Shown here one piece after another: positions 12,059 to 23,053 of a DNA stretch of 64,000 nucleotides. This DNA is from Trypanosoma brucei (Eukaryota), in contig CP000070.1 of NCBI GenBank assembly GCA_000002445.1, forward strand, positions 928,001-992,000. The letters are read 5' to 3'. Within the stretch, counting starts at the first letter, position 1; each line of letters opens with the position of its first letter. Below the pieces are notes generated by a model, which made no database searches, was not told the DNA's origin, and saw only the letters and a list, made by a program, of their open reading frames with translations. A program made the translations under genes and the position numbers.

Positions 12059-12743
12059 CAACCTCTACTATCACCGATTACAATGAGTGGGAATTTGAAA
12101 AGACTATCCAGGCAAGCAAACTGACGGACGCAGAGAAATAGTAAATCTAGAGGGGAGTGGAAAATAACCACTTTTTGAATTCACCACGTCGTCGTTCTGA
12201 TGCAACAGCCACGGCTGCACCTCTTCACTTCCTCCCTTGAGTGGTCAGTAAGGAGAGTTGTGGAAAATTGAAGCGCCGTGAGGAATATAATAAGAGGTGC
12301 AATTAAAAAACAAAGGTTAAAGCAGAAAAATCGGAGAGGTTCCGTCGCACAGGGAATGCCATTTTCAACTTTAATGAGTGCCTTTAGAGGTTCTTCAGAC
12401 GACTTGACACTGTCTCAATTTAAACATAACAAATGCCTATCAATCGGAGGAAAGCGGAAACCAAGCGGTTTAGATTCCCAATGTCACAAAATAGCCCATG
12501 TTCGCCCCATTGGAAGGGTTGACGTTGGACCAGTTTTATTTGCAGTTAAATCTGTAACACACAGCCTTCTCTTTTTCCAGCTACCCTGCACCACTGAATT
12601 CGGTCTTACCTTCAACTTCATCCCTTCTTTAGTTGCATAACACAATAACCGTAGCACAAAGGCGACGGCATAAGTGCCAAGGGTAGCGCCGATATCCGTC
12701 CCATTATCTTTAACAACAATAATGATTTGCGCTCTTCACTTAT

Positions 12744-14837
12744 TTACTTACTCTTAGAAAGCGACTTCTCCGCGTTCTTTAGAGTCTGGGCATACTTCTT
12801 CCCTTCCGCAGTGGAAAGAACAGCTTTTGCAGCCGCACACTTATCCAACAGCATCTTGGAAACCGCCTGCTTAAGATCCGCAGGGTGAAGTGCACCTGAC
12901 AGTGCGTCAGCACGCAGCTGCCCCTCTCCTTTGTACGCGACATCGCCACCATTCGCCTCAGTTCGTTCTATCAAGAGGGCTCCCTGTTCTCGCATCAGCC
13001 AAGTCGCAATAGACAGCACTGGGTTGGCGTCTTCGTTAGGGGCACAGTACGCCCTCTTGATCTTACGCCTCATGTCCATATCAGTGTCGTCGATGAAGAG
13101 GATGTCATCCTTGTTGACTGGGCCGCTGGCGAGGGTTTCAGAAACCGGCGGCTCCGCGTTGCTCAGCGGTGGGACAACACCCCCAAGAGCGGGAATAACT
13201 CGCAGTTTACCTTCGTAAAAATCCGTTGCGATCTCGTGGCAACCACGGTCATGTGAAGTGCAGATGGCGTGTGTTGCCTTCAGCATGGCAGCATCTGCAA
13301 CGTACATAAGCGCCGCGACAACAGCACCGGCATTTTTGAGATCTCCGCAGACTTCCTCCACCCGCTGCAGCTTATTCTTCCGACCAACATTGATGGCGGT
13401 GAGCCAGTAGTCGTTAGGATTCGCTAATATCATTTCACTCTGCCGCACTATTCGCACGCGCTCGCTTGGCAACCAGTGGGACTTGAGAATCGCTGCATTT
13501 AACTCGAGCGCGGCGCTGATGTACTTTTCCTCGCCCCCTACATTATTGCACGCCATGGCGGTCCACTCAGGAAGCAACAAAACAGCTTCACCATCTGTGT
13601 TTTCTCTCAAGAACTGTTTTATCGCGTCACTCAAAGCAACAGCAAGATCCACAGGAAACTTGATGCAGGCCGGTAGCCAAGCCACGGCTAATGGCGTCGC
13701 TGACTGCTCTGGAAGTGGCACAGCACTGAGAGGTGGTGCCGCACCGCCGGCCCGAAAAGAGAGCACCTGTTGCAACAATGACGCCGCATGCGGATCCTCC
13801 ACAAAGTGTTTGCGCACAGGCTCAAGTATTCCGTTCAAAAGCTCGATAAGGCCCTCCTTTAACGCCTCCTCGGAGATGTTGCCGTCAACAAAAGCTTTCT
13901 CAAGGTCTGCGTAGGTGTTATACTCCGCACCATCCACCACAGCTGTGGCACCAGGCTTTGAGAAAACGAGGCACTCAAAGTAATCCAACACAGGGTTTTT
14001 GTCTTCCGAAGCAACGGGTGCCCCGTCGTCCGTAACTTCGGTGCTCTTTTGCGCAACACGTGGACAGTACGCCGCACGTATCTTCCGAGCTACATCTTCC
14101 TCACTGTCTTCCATGAATATGGCGCTGTCAGGATCGCTTTTGCTCATCTTTGCATGCCCTTGCTTCAACCCCGCAAGCATGTGATGAGAAAGAATAACGG
14201 GTTTGTTCTTACGACCAATGAGGTCACAGTACTCACGTGCGAGCATGTTCACCTTCCGTTGGTCCAACCCAAGTTGACATATATCGGCCTTTAGGAAGAA
14301 TATATCAGCGCACTGCATAAGTGGGTACAGCACCTGTGCCGCTGTCAGCGTTCCCTCTTGCTTACCCATGATTGTGCAGCATTTCTTAATGCGGGCAATG
14401 GTGTTGCGGCGGCTAATATCAAGGACAAGCTTCCAATACGTGTTCGCATTATTCGTGATCTCGTCACTGCTCCACAAGAAACGCACCCGCTCCATGTTCA
14501 TATTGGCAGCCTTCCACACCTCCGTAAGGTATTCACCGACGATACGGATGCGCTGCAGCTCTCCACCCACCTTATCATTCATCAGTGCAAACCAATCTGC
14601 AACCCAGAAGACAAACTCGCAGCCGCTCTGAGTGCACTTGTTGACGTTAATTGATTTGAACACGCCCTGCGCAACGTGCATGCGTCCTGAGGGCTCGAAT
14701 CCATCATAGCAACGGATGTCGGGTTTCTTTTCCAACATCGCCCGCAGCTCATTCTCTTGAATACACTCCTCCCCGACGCTACGGATTAATTTAAATCGTT
14801 CCTCGACAGACCCCACATCGGCGGTGTTGGTTGTCAT
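12744..14837 (-). CDS. TyrRS: tyrosyl-tRNA synthetase, double-length (pseudo-dimeric) kinetoplastid type
   Basis: The track start at 14993 is TTG. The first ATG is at 14837 (MTTNTADVGSVEERFKLIRSVGEECIQENELRAML). The N-terminal catalytic module carries class-I motifs: a HIGH-equivalent in YDGFEPSGRMHVAQG and KMSKS in GHAKMSKSDPDSAIFMEDSEEDV. The C-terminal half is a second TyrRS-like module in which both motifs are degenerate (ANPNDYWLTAINVGRKNK... and LFIDDTDMDMRRKIKRAY). About 697 aa, which is roughly twice the length of a normal eukaryotic TyrRS catalytic core. Confidence 0.9.
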   Translation of the reverse strand: MTTNTADVGSVEERFKLIRSVGEECIQENELRAMLEKKPDIRCYDGFEPSGRMHVAQGVFKSINVNKCTQSGCEFVFWVADWFALMNDKVGGELQRIRIVGEYLTEVWKAANMNMERVRFLWSSDEITNNANTYWKLVLDISRRNTIARIKKCCTIMGKQEGTLTAAQVLYPLMQCADIFFLKADICQLGLDQRKVNMLAREYCDLIGRKNKPVILSHHMLAGLKQGHAKMSKSDPDSAIFMEDSEEDVARKIRAAYCPRVAQKSTEVTDDGAPVASEDKNPVLDYFECLVFSKPGATAVVDGAEYNTYADLEKAFVDGNISEEALKEGLIELLNGILEPVRKHFVEDPHAASLLQQVLSFRAGGAAPPLSAVPLPEQSATPLAVAWLPACIKFPVDLAVALSDAIKQFLRENTDGEAVLLLPEWTAMACNNVGGEEKYISAALELNAAILKSHWLPSERVRIVRQSEMILANPNDYWLTAINVGRKNKLQRVEEVCGDLKNAGAVVAALMYVADAAMLKATHAICTSHDRGCHEIATDFYEGKLRVIPALGGVVPPLSNAEPPVSETLASGPVNKDDILFIDDTDMDMRRKIKRAYCAPNEDANPVLSIATWLMREQGALLIERTEANGGDVAYKGEGQLRADALSGALHPADLKQAVSKMLLDKCAAAKAVLSTAEGKKYAQTLKNAEKSLSKSK

Positions 14838-16222
14838 ATTTGCCTTTGTTAACACTAAGCAGTGGATTAATGATTTGCGCGAGAGTGAACAATTCAGCTT
14901 CGGACCCGCCAACTCACTCCAACCACAGCGCCTCCAGAATGCTGCCGGCTGCCGCGTTTGAGCGTTAGTTCTTTTTTTTATCTTAACTACCAATGGCCAA
15001 ACGTTCCAGCGGGAGGGGGGTAGGGTGTAAAATATTCGGTAAGTAAAGCAAGCACTTCAGCGTAGCACCAGAAAAGCTATATTACCCAAAAAAGACATAT
15101 TGGGTGTGAAAGAGTAAAATACGAAAATGAAAATACCCTGGAAAAGAGCAGCGCACGACGTTTCCACCGATGCCATCTAGCTGCAAATAGTTTGTAAACA
15201 ACGTAAGCTAAATGTGGGAACGAAAAAAGGAAATAAACCCATGCTTTCACTCATTGTTTGGGTGCTTTGAACAAAAATTAGGGGAATGTAATAATTACAA
15301 ACACTGTGTATACACAGGTGTTAGCATGAAAGATGCAAACTTCACATCCTCTACCTCAAATTTACAGCACTACACTATCCAAGCCCGTGAAGCGGAGACG
15401 TTTCATGTTGTCCTCATCAATCTTGTTTATGTGGTGCCTATTGTACCTTCTTGTGTTTGTGGAATGGCGAGATGTCAGGCCTCCTACCATGCCTTCCTCT
15501 CCCTCTGCCTCCACCTGACCTTCTACTCACATAGTGCTTAAGATACTTTTCGGTATTTAACAGTATAGGCCGGATACAGGGGGTAAGGAGGAGGGAAAGA
15601 GAAGAACCAAAAGAAGGGAAAAGAGGTTAACAATACCAAGAGGCGACTGGGCCATATGCGGGATAGTGGGAGGCGAGAGGAGCGACTCTTGCGCCTCTGC
15701 CATTTTCCAGTGCCCACTTTACACATTTCATATGTGCGTACGAGACCCACACATCATTATTCATATGACACACAGTAGATCCCATGGTGGCGCAAAACAG
15801 ACAGCACTGGAAAAAAAGGGGGGGAAGGCACGAGTCAAGGGAAGCCAGACAGCCATCAGATGTCCATACGTGTGCGCAGGAGAATCACGCAGAGATGGCG
15901 ATGAACAGGGGAATACAAACACACAAAATACAAGAAGACAGAAAGTGGAAGCATCAAATACGGTTTTAAAAAAACACAAAATATAGTTTACAGAAAAGGA
16001 AAACGAGACGTTAGCACATGGCAAACCCAGCACGTTAACTCCCTAACACGTGTGCTTTCGATGTCCTTTTCCCCTTCCTTCTCCTTCCTTTACAAGCAGC
16101 TACCACCTCACTTCCCAGTTTCGCACATCATGCTACTTCGAACAACCTTTTTTTCCCCCTCCTTCTCCATCCTCCGTGCTTCTTGGTGTTGCGGCTGCCT
16201 CAGCACAAACAAACAAACAAAT

Positions 16223-16244
16223 ACACACACACACACACACACAC
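16223..16244. repeat. (AC)n microsatellite, preceded by a (CAAA)n run
   Basis: I read acacacacacacacacacacac at 16223-16244 and caaacaaacaaacaaa at 16206-16220. Confidence 0.9.
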
Positions 16245-16568
16245 GCAGGATTTCCTGCAAAACAATGGGCACCCCCGCGGTTTCCCCCGCCCCGACATGT
16301 CAAGGCTTTTCTACAAATAACAGCAGAAGACACAATACGCATGAGTGAACTCACGTTAGCAAAAAACGTAAACAAAATAGATGTCCCTTCCAGTCCAACA
16401 TTGTTTACCTTTTTAGTTGGCAGTATTCTCCCATTCCTTCCTGTTATGCCCTGCATTACCCACCGTATTTCGCACCTGCAACTGTCATCCTCGCCTCATC
16501 TCGTTTCATTTCATTCCATTATCCAACCCCTTCCCTTCTCCAGGTGCTATGCATAATTCTCCATCCCT

Positions 16569-18155
16569 TTAGTCGAAGTGAAAATAAAACTGCTGAAACC
16601 TTCCACCTTGTCCAAACATTTCGTTGGGGAAATTGAACGGTTGGCCGTGGAATGCATGCTCATCCTGACCAGGAGGTTTCGTAGGATCCTCCCCATTGTC
16701 GTAACGGGCGCGCTTTTCATCGTCGAGCAATATTTCCTTGGCTTCATTGATGTCCCGAAAGCGCTTATCTGCTTCAGCTCGCTCCTCCTTGGAAAGCTCT
16801 TGCGAAGCTAATTTATCTGGGTGAAATGTTTTTGCTAGATGGCGGTAAGCACGGCGAATCTCCGACGAGTCCGCCGTCTTTTTCACACCCAATATCTTGT
16901 AATAATTTTTTCGCAGTCCCACACGTTTGATCCTTTCCATTTTGCGCTTGTACTCGTTCACCTTGCCATCGTTTGGTTGTAGTTGCTGAGCTCGTTGAAG
17001 CATTTCCTCCGCACGCTCCACATTCCCATCCATCAGATAAAGCTCCAACTTTTGCAGTAAAATGCTTACAACAGTTGGGTCCTCGGGGCTATAAAGTTGA
17101 ATAGCCTCGTCGCAAGCAGGAAGCCCATCTTTTGTGTCTTGCATACCCACAGCTGCATCACACCGCCAACGCAATAGTTGATCCTTATACGGTGGGTTTT
17201 CCTCAAACCGCATGGCCCCCTCAATCAACTTCAAAACCTTTCCATAATCCTTTTCTTCTAGAGCCTTCTCCACACCTTGGGTTACGCGGATTTGCTCGCG
17301 GACCAGCTTGTGCAGCTGAGCACAGAGAGCAAATTCAGGATCAAGCGACAAACAGCGACGAAGCTCCCGGCGAGCCTGTTCAAGCGCCCCTAATGCACGA
17401 AGCGCACGGGCACCCAGTGCCACTGCGTCAAGGTTCTGCGGCTCCCTTTGTACTACATACTTTAGTTCCTCGCTAGCAGCCTGGTTGTCCCCACAGGCCA
17501 AAGCACATTCTGCACGCTGCAGGCGCAACCCCGCGTTATCCTTCGCAAACTCACGTATCATGTCGTGCAGAAAGCCCACGCATGCGCACTGTTCATCGCG
17601 TGATAGCGTCACTGCACCCTGTTTCGCTGCTTGGAGTTTGAGCTGAAGCGGTATCCACACCTCCGCATACCGCCGAAGTTGTTGCAACTTCGCCTTGTAT
17701 TCCTGCACCTTAGCAGCCTTGCCCCCCTCGCTCATCACTTCAACGAGTTTCTCGACGTCCCGCACGGCTTCTTTCAACTGCCCCGCCTGCGAGTACAGCG
17801 CTGATCGCAGCACCAAACCGCGTTGGTGTTTACTGTCCAGCTTCAGGAGTTGGTCCAAATCACTCATACATGCATCACGCCGTCGGAGCATAGACAACAG
17901 CTCTGCACGACTGTAAAGTCCACGAATGCTGTTGGGGTTGTGCGTTAACGCCTCTGTGTACTTCGCTAGCGCCTCCTGGTAATAACTGCGCCCCTGCCGC
18001 AGTGCCGAATCACCTTCGAGAAGCAATTTCTTTGTGGTGTCATCATCTGCTACTCCGCTGCACTCAGCGCCAACAGCAGCCCCGACCAGCAACAAAATCT
18101 TCAGGATCATATTATACCGACACTTAATAGCAGAGTTCTCCCCTGTAATGTACAT
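16569..18155 (-). CDS. TPR-repeat + DnaJ (J-domain) co-chaperone with an N-terminal signal peptide (DNAJC3/p58IPK-like, ER lumenal)
   Basis: The ATG at 18155 is verified. A second ATG at 18110 begins a classical signal peptide (MILKILLLVGAAVGAECSG). Multiple TPR-like helical repeats follow. The C-terminal J-domain reads NYYKILGVKKTADSSEIRRAYRHLAKTFHPDKLAS, with the HPD motif present. Confidence 0.85.
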   Translation of the reverse strand: MYITGENSAIKCRYNMILKILLLVGAAVGAECSGVADDDTTKKLLLEGDSALRQGRSYYQEALAKYTEALTHNPNSIRGLYSRAELLSMLRRRDACMSDLDQLLKLDSKHQRGLVLRSALYSQAGQLKEAVRDVEKLVEVMSEGGKAAKVQEYKAKLQQLRRYAEVWIPLQLKLQAAKQGAVTLSRDEQCACVGFLHDMIREFAKDNAGLRLQRAECALACGDNQAASEELKYVVQREPQNLDAVALGARALRALGALEQARRELRRCLSLDPEFALCAQLHKLVREQIRVTQGVEKALEEKDYGKVLKLIEGAMRFEENPPYKDQLLRWRCDAAVGMQDTKDGLPACDEAIQLYSPEDPTVVSILLQKLELYLMDGNVERAEEMLQRAQQLQPNDGKVNEYKRKMERIKRVGLRKNYYKILGVKKTADSSEIRRAYRHLAKTFHPDKLASQELSKEERAEADKRFRDINEAKEILLDDEKRARYDNGEDPTKPPGQDEHAFHGQPFNFPNEMFGQGGRFQQFYFHFD

Positions 18156-20080
18156 TTCCTTCCTGCCTTTCTGACTATCTCCCCTGAGGCCGCTGTTTCT
18201 GTTTGATTTCTCTCTTTTTCTATATTTTTTTATATTTTGTATTTCTCTTCAGTGAGGTGGAAGTGTCGTCAGCCGTAATTGTTGACTGGAGAAGGGACAA
18301 GTGGATCTTCTCCCTGCCGCGTGTTCCCTCAAATCCGCTACCCTTCTCTAGGTTTCCCTTAGCTGTTGCTTTTTACACCTGTAAATAAATATGTGCAGGT
18401 TTGCCTTCTTTTGCTTCCTCGCCTGTTTCTGTTCTCCGCTAACTCTCAGTTTTAATAGTATTTGCAATAATATTGGTAGTGGTAAGAACCAAACAAAGAA
18501 AGTTCCTCCTTGAGGCCTGGGAAATATACCCCAGTGTCTCGGTGTGGTTTTTGCTTGCTGTTTCCAACTCTCCAAAGTAATATTTCCGCCCTCCACTTCC
18601 TCCCGGCACACCGCCACGCTTCAGGCCCGGGAAGGCAGCCGGTAATCTCCCCAGTGAATGAGTAAAAACAAAAAAAAATCCAAAAGAAATTCAAGAAAAG
18701 AAAAGTGTGAAGAGAAAAGATAAAGGAAGGGACAAAGGAAGGAAAATACAGTATGAAATTCCCTACTCCGACAAAGTCGAATGCCTCACAAGTACGCAGT
18801 TGGTCAAGCATCCAAACGAAATTGTGCCTTACTCATTGCGACGCCTCGCATCCTCCAAATACGCACACACACACACACCTGCATATCACCTCTTACGGGA
18901 ATGCAGATGCCGTATTTGCATCAAACATGAAAGGAAAACACCACTCCAACCAATTTTATGTAAAAATTCACCTCCGCATTGGGGTGGTAACAAAATCCCT
19001 GAGTAGTTGAGCAACTGCAAAAGAAATCAGACCCCTTTTGTACGAACGATACTTGAAGTTTGTGATATGGACAGACAAGTGTGATGTTTAGGCAATCAGT
19101 ATTACATCCGAGGGTTAGTCGTGAACACACATCAACACACACACACAAAAAAAAAAAAAAATAGTGTTATCCATGTTATTAACCAATGCAGCAGTAACGA
19201 TCTCCGTAACTAAACCAGAAGCCCTCAACCCAGGCCCACAGTTAGGGCCAAACCGCTGCAATGAAGGCACGGACAGAAGCAGATAGCACCGTGAATTCAA
19301 CAAACATACACACACGCTTACATGACTATGAAAAATATTAACCACATACTTATATATATATGTATACGGATGCGTTTGATCATTTTCGCACCCAAACGTG
19401 AGTCGCCTCCCTTCGCTTCTGCAGTTGTCATCGGTGATGTTTTTCCGATAGATTTGCCTCTCTAGCGGTGCTCAGAGGAAACGTATAAATGGAGTTTCCT
19501 CATAAGAGGGAGCGTGTGAGAGCTCATCTTCCAGGAAGGCACACCAGCGTAATTTGTGCCGGGTGATAACTTCATTTCCGTGTAGCCTTGCGTATTCCCT
19601 TTTGGCAACCAACGCTTCCAAAGATGCCAGCAGTATCCTCGTGTGATTTAAGCAGCTGAATGTGCGTTTGAAGTGAACACAACCAGCTACCTTTTCAAAT
19701 AACCTCGCGACCACGCAGATTCAGTTGGATCGGGGGAGGAGGGTGGGGGAATCAAATGTGGAGGTGATGAGAACAATAATTTTTAGAGTTAAAAATTCAA
19801 CGATAACGCGGTGAGACACGTGCAAACGGGTATATGAATGCACACATGCACAAATGTACATATCCATATGTGTGTATACCTACAGTTCTGAAGGTGAGGT
19901 ATTTTAAAGCTTTCACATTCATCACACTCAGTATTGCTGGAAAGGTAATCATCTTCCTATTACGGTGTAGTAGTAGAATCACTTAAATGAATAGCGACGT
20001 GGGGAAGGCTACCACACATTGGTCACCTGCACCACCTCCTGCTCAGCAGAGGGAAAGTGAGATTAAAAAAAAAAATGCAC

Positions 20081-21136
20081 TTAGGTTCCACATAAAGGCT
20101 CACCATCAGATGGGCCAAGGGTTCCTGCATCAAACAGTATCGTGGGGAAAAAGCAAACACTCCAATTAACACAGTTCTGCTGTAGTGCATCAATGGCCTT
20201 AAAGGCACCCGCAACCGTGTCAAATCGCACGAGCACGCGGACCAGCTCTCGCGCAAAGCGCAACTCCACTTCAACGGGCGTTGATGCGCACTGTTCCAGT
20301 CGTGCACGGACGGCTGTGCGTTGCTCCTCCGTTAGCAAAGCGGGCCGCACAGAGCGCACAATACCATACCGTGCGCACTGGCCCTGTACATTCTCAAGAA
20401 ACGCCAAACCAGCTGCCCTTAAGCTGCCAACTGCACCACCTTCGTTATCCCCCCCTGCGGTGGCATCCTCCTCAAATAAATCGGGAGGCGGGCCGTCGCG
20501 AATAAAACGGATGAGGATAGTTGAACTAGGTTTCCCGGAAGGAGCCTTGCGACCGTCCTGAGCGTTTGTATCCTCCTTCACCATGTAGCCTCCAGCAGCC
20601 AACGTCGACCGCTGAAACACAAGAGGAGCGCTGCTACCGGCAAGCGATGAGGGTGGCAAGCCCATTGATGACATTCCGGATGAAACATCGGCATCTCCAT
20701 TGCTACCGCTCGCGGCGTCGCCGCTGGAGGAAGACGAGGTGGCCATTTTCATGAACTTCTCCAATTTTGATCCTATGCGACCTTTGCGATCCATCCCCGT
20801 GGCCACTTTCACCTTGTGTGCCGCCTCGAGTTCGTCACGTTCCAGTCGGATGGCTGTTGTGATACCGAGTGCTGCGCTCTGCCGTACACGCCGTTGGTGC
20901 AACTCCTCTACGCTGAGGTGAAGTGGCAGTACTTCACTGCTGCCTGGAAAAGACGTGTCTGTCGGTGTTGGCGAGGGCGGCTGCACCATTCCAGGGAAGT
21001 CAAAGGGCGAAGGAGTTGCCAAGATTGATTCCATCGATGTGCGTGAAAGCTTTTCATTTTCTTCTACCTCACGCGCACGCTTCCACTGTACTATTTTAAC
21101 GTCTCGGTAATTGTTAGGTACCGCGGGGTCGTACAT
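20081..21136 (-). CDS. hypothetical protein with a C-terminal UHM/RRM-like domain (SPF45/PUF60-like; possible splicing factor)
   Basis: The ATG at 21136 is verified. The C-terminal 110 aa match the U2AF-homology-motif pattern: STILIRFIRDGPPPDLFEED ... CARYGIVRSV ... VRVLVRFDTVAGAFKAIDALQQNCVNWSVCFFPTILFD. Compare the SPF45 UHM (vllLRNMV..ee.....kyG.V......VrifVeF....sA.kA...lnGR.FggR.v.A.fy...f). The N-terminal two-thirds is S/G/A-rich low complexity. I found no convincing G-patch. Confidence 0.5.
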   Translation of the reverse strand: MYDPAVPNNYRDVKIVQWKRAREVEENEKLSRTSMESILATPSPFDFPGMVQPPSPTPTDTSFPGSSEVLPLHLSVEELHQRRVRQSAALGITTAIRLERDELEAAHKVKVATGMDRKGRIGSKLEKFMKMATSSSSSGDAASGSNGDADVSSGMSSMGLPPSSLAGSSAPLVFQRSTLAAGGYMVKEDTNAQDGRKAPSGKPSSTILIRFIRDGPPPDLFEEDATAGGDNEGGAVGSLRAAGLAFLENVQGQCARYGIVRSVRPALLTEEQRTAVRARLEQCASTPVEVELRFARELVRVLVRFDTVAGAFKAIDALQQNCVNWSVCFFPTILFDAGTLGPSDGEPLCGT

Positions 21137-21150
21137 CGTTCCCGTCTTCG

Positions 21151-21220
21151 TATATATATATATATATATATATATATCTTATTTTTCGTTCACTCACCCT
21201 CACCCTCACCCTCACCCCTC
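21151..21220. repeat. (TA)13 microsatellite followed by a (CACCCT)4 hexamer repeat
   Basis: I read tatatatatatatatatatatatatat at 21151-21177 and cactcaccctcaccctcaccctcacccctc at 21191-21220. Confidence 0.9.
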
Positions 21221-22759
21221 TTTCTTTCTCTTTCCCCCCACAACCTCCGACGATAGCTTCCTATTTTTTTTTCCTCTCAACGTGCTGCTGTGGTCACACG
21301 AAGCCAGATGAAGTAGTGGAATCAACGGGAAACAACAACAGAATAAAGTGGTCGAAAGAATCATATGTATTTACATTAGATGAATTCTCCTTGCCACGCG
21401 AGCCGCGCACCCTCCTTTCTTCCTCCCTGTCTATTTCCGTTTCAAAATGTTAGGCTGCTGTGAGAGGCACAATTCCACAGTCTGTTATAATCCCCCTTTT
21501 CTCTGAGGGACAAAACATACAAAAGGATGACATTGGGATAAGGCACTTTTCCCACCTAAAAAAGGTGCACGCCCCTTCCCTGTTCATTCTGTAGCGTCCC
21601 TCCACACATGTATGGGACACGATACGTATGTATATATAAATATATAAATAATTATAAAGAAGGTGGAGGAGAAGGGAAAAAAAAGGGAAAAAGAGGATTT
21701 TCTCCAGCTTGACGCTACAAGTGAAAAAACGGGCTCCTCCATCCCTTTTCTTCTCCCTTATATTTGGACCTTTCAGTGGGCATTACATCGATGAACGGTA
21801 GCATTCACGCTCCATCATCATAGGAAGCTTTTCACTCTTTACGGGAACAAAGGCAGCTTCATTTCCGTGTGTCATCATCCCTTAAGCACTTCAGGTCGCG
21901 GTTATCGTTGGAAAACATTAATTCGCATTTGAAGGAGGGAATAATGAAATAATTAACAAAGGAAAGAAAGGGAAGAAAAGAGAAGAAGAGGAGTGAAGAG
22001 GGTGCAAAACTGCTCATGGTATTCTGCACAACAGATGCCGCACTCGGGTGATCAGTCATTTGAGCAGTCACAAGTGACCAAGTGAGAACGAGCTCATGAA
22101 AAGAAGTGAGAGAGGTATAATAAAAAGAAAAAAATGAAAAAAATGAAAAAAAAGAAAAAAGAGACAAACACAAACATACAGACAAAGTCGAATACCGAGA
22201 GAAAAGGAAAGAAATGGTCGTCGTCGTTGTTGTTAATATATATACTTTTTTTTTCTGCACAGGGTGGTAAGGACGTTTAAATAATGAAAAAGAAAACACA
22301 AAAAAAAAAATTACAATAAAAAAATGGGATGGGAAGTAAGGCACATAATGAACAACCGGAGTTATCACCTCTAAGAATGGATCAATAAACCGAAGTTTTC
22401 TTAAGAAAAAAAAAAAGAAAATAGGAAAACAGGAAAAAGGAAAAAGGAAAAAAAGTACGCATGAGGTTTCCTAGCCCTCCACCTTAGCAGTCATCCACAA
22501 CAATACAAATACGCGGAAGAGACTATAAAGCAAAATTAAAGAAAAAAAACTACAAAACAAAGAAAACAAAAGGTGCGACAACCGCCGAGTAGATGGATAC
22601 ATATGTATATGTATACATGTATATATGTATATGAGTGGATGATTGGATGGTTTTGTGTGTGGAAAGGAAATGTCTGCTGCATGCGATGGTTTTGTCTTCT
22701 CTTCGCTTTCTCATAATCAAATGCACTCATGCGATCACCCGTTCATCCATGCACACATG

Positions 22760-22792
<33 letters not shown>

Positions 22793-23053
22793 TGATCCAT
22801 CTAAACAACTGACTTTTACCCCCAAACCGCGTGGATGACCCCGTACGTTTCCTCAGAGGCACTTCCAGCTGGTAGTAATAATATTACAACCACTCGCACC
22901 ACCAACATCACCCACTTTGATCTTAAATGCCCTCTTTTCTTACTTTAAAAAAAAACGCAAGAGAGGAGCATTTCAGGACTTAATTACTTCCCTTTTTTGA
23001 TACTGCTTCAGCCTCTTTTGCCTTTTCTTTTCTTTTCCCTTTTTTTTCCACCC

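Noticed and set aside
14690-14710. tRNA T-loop-like CTCGAATCC, and similar TTCGA hits, for example near 9840.
   Set aside because: These lie inside the TyrRS and p24 coding sequences, and the flanking bases do not form a T-stem or any cloverleaf. I found no tRNA gene anywhere in the window.
19472-19714. 80-aa minus-strand ORF with non-repetitive composition in the spacer between the DnaJ and UHM genes.
   Set aside because: The track start is GTG (plus 'cac' at 19712-19714) and the ORF contains no in-frame ATG at all, so it cannot be translated in a trypanosomatid. The same applies to 7233-7460.
21191-21220. (CACCCT)4 hexamer repeat as a possible interstitial telomere-like repeat.
   Set aside because: The trypanosome telomeric unit is TTAGGG/CCCTAA; CCCTCA differs. 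Four copies in a pyrimidine-rich spacer are consistent with ordinary microsatellite slippage.
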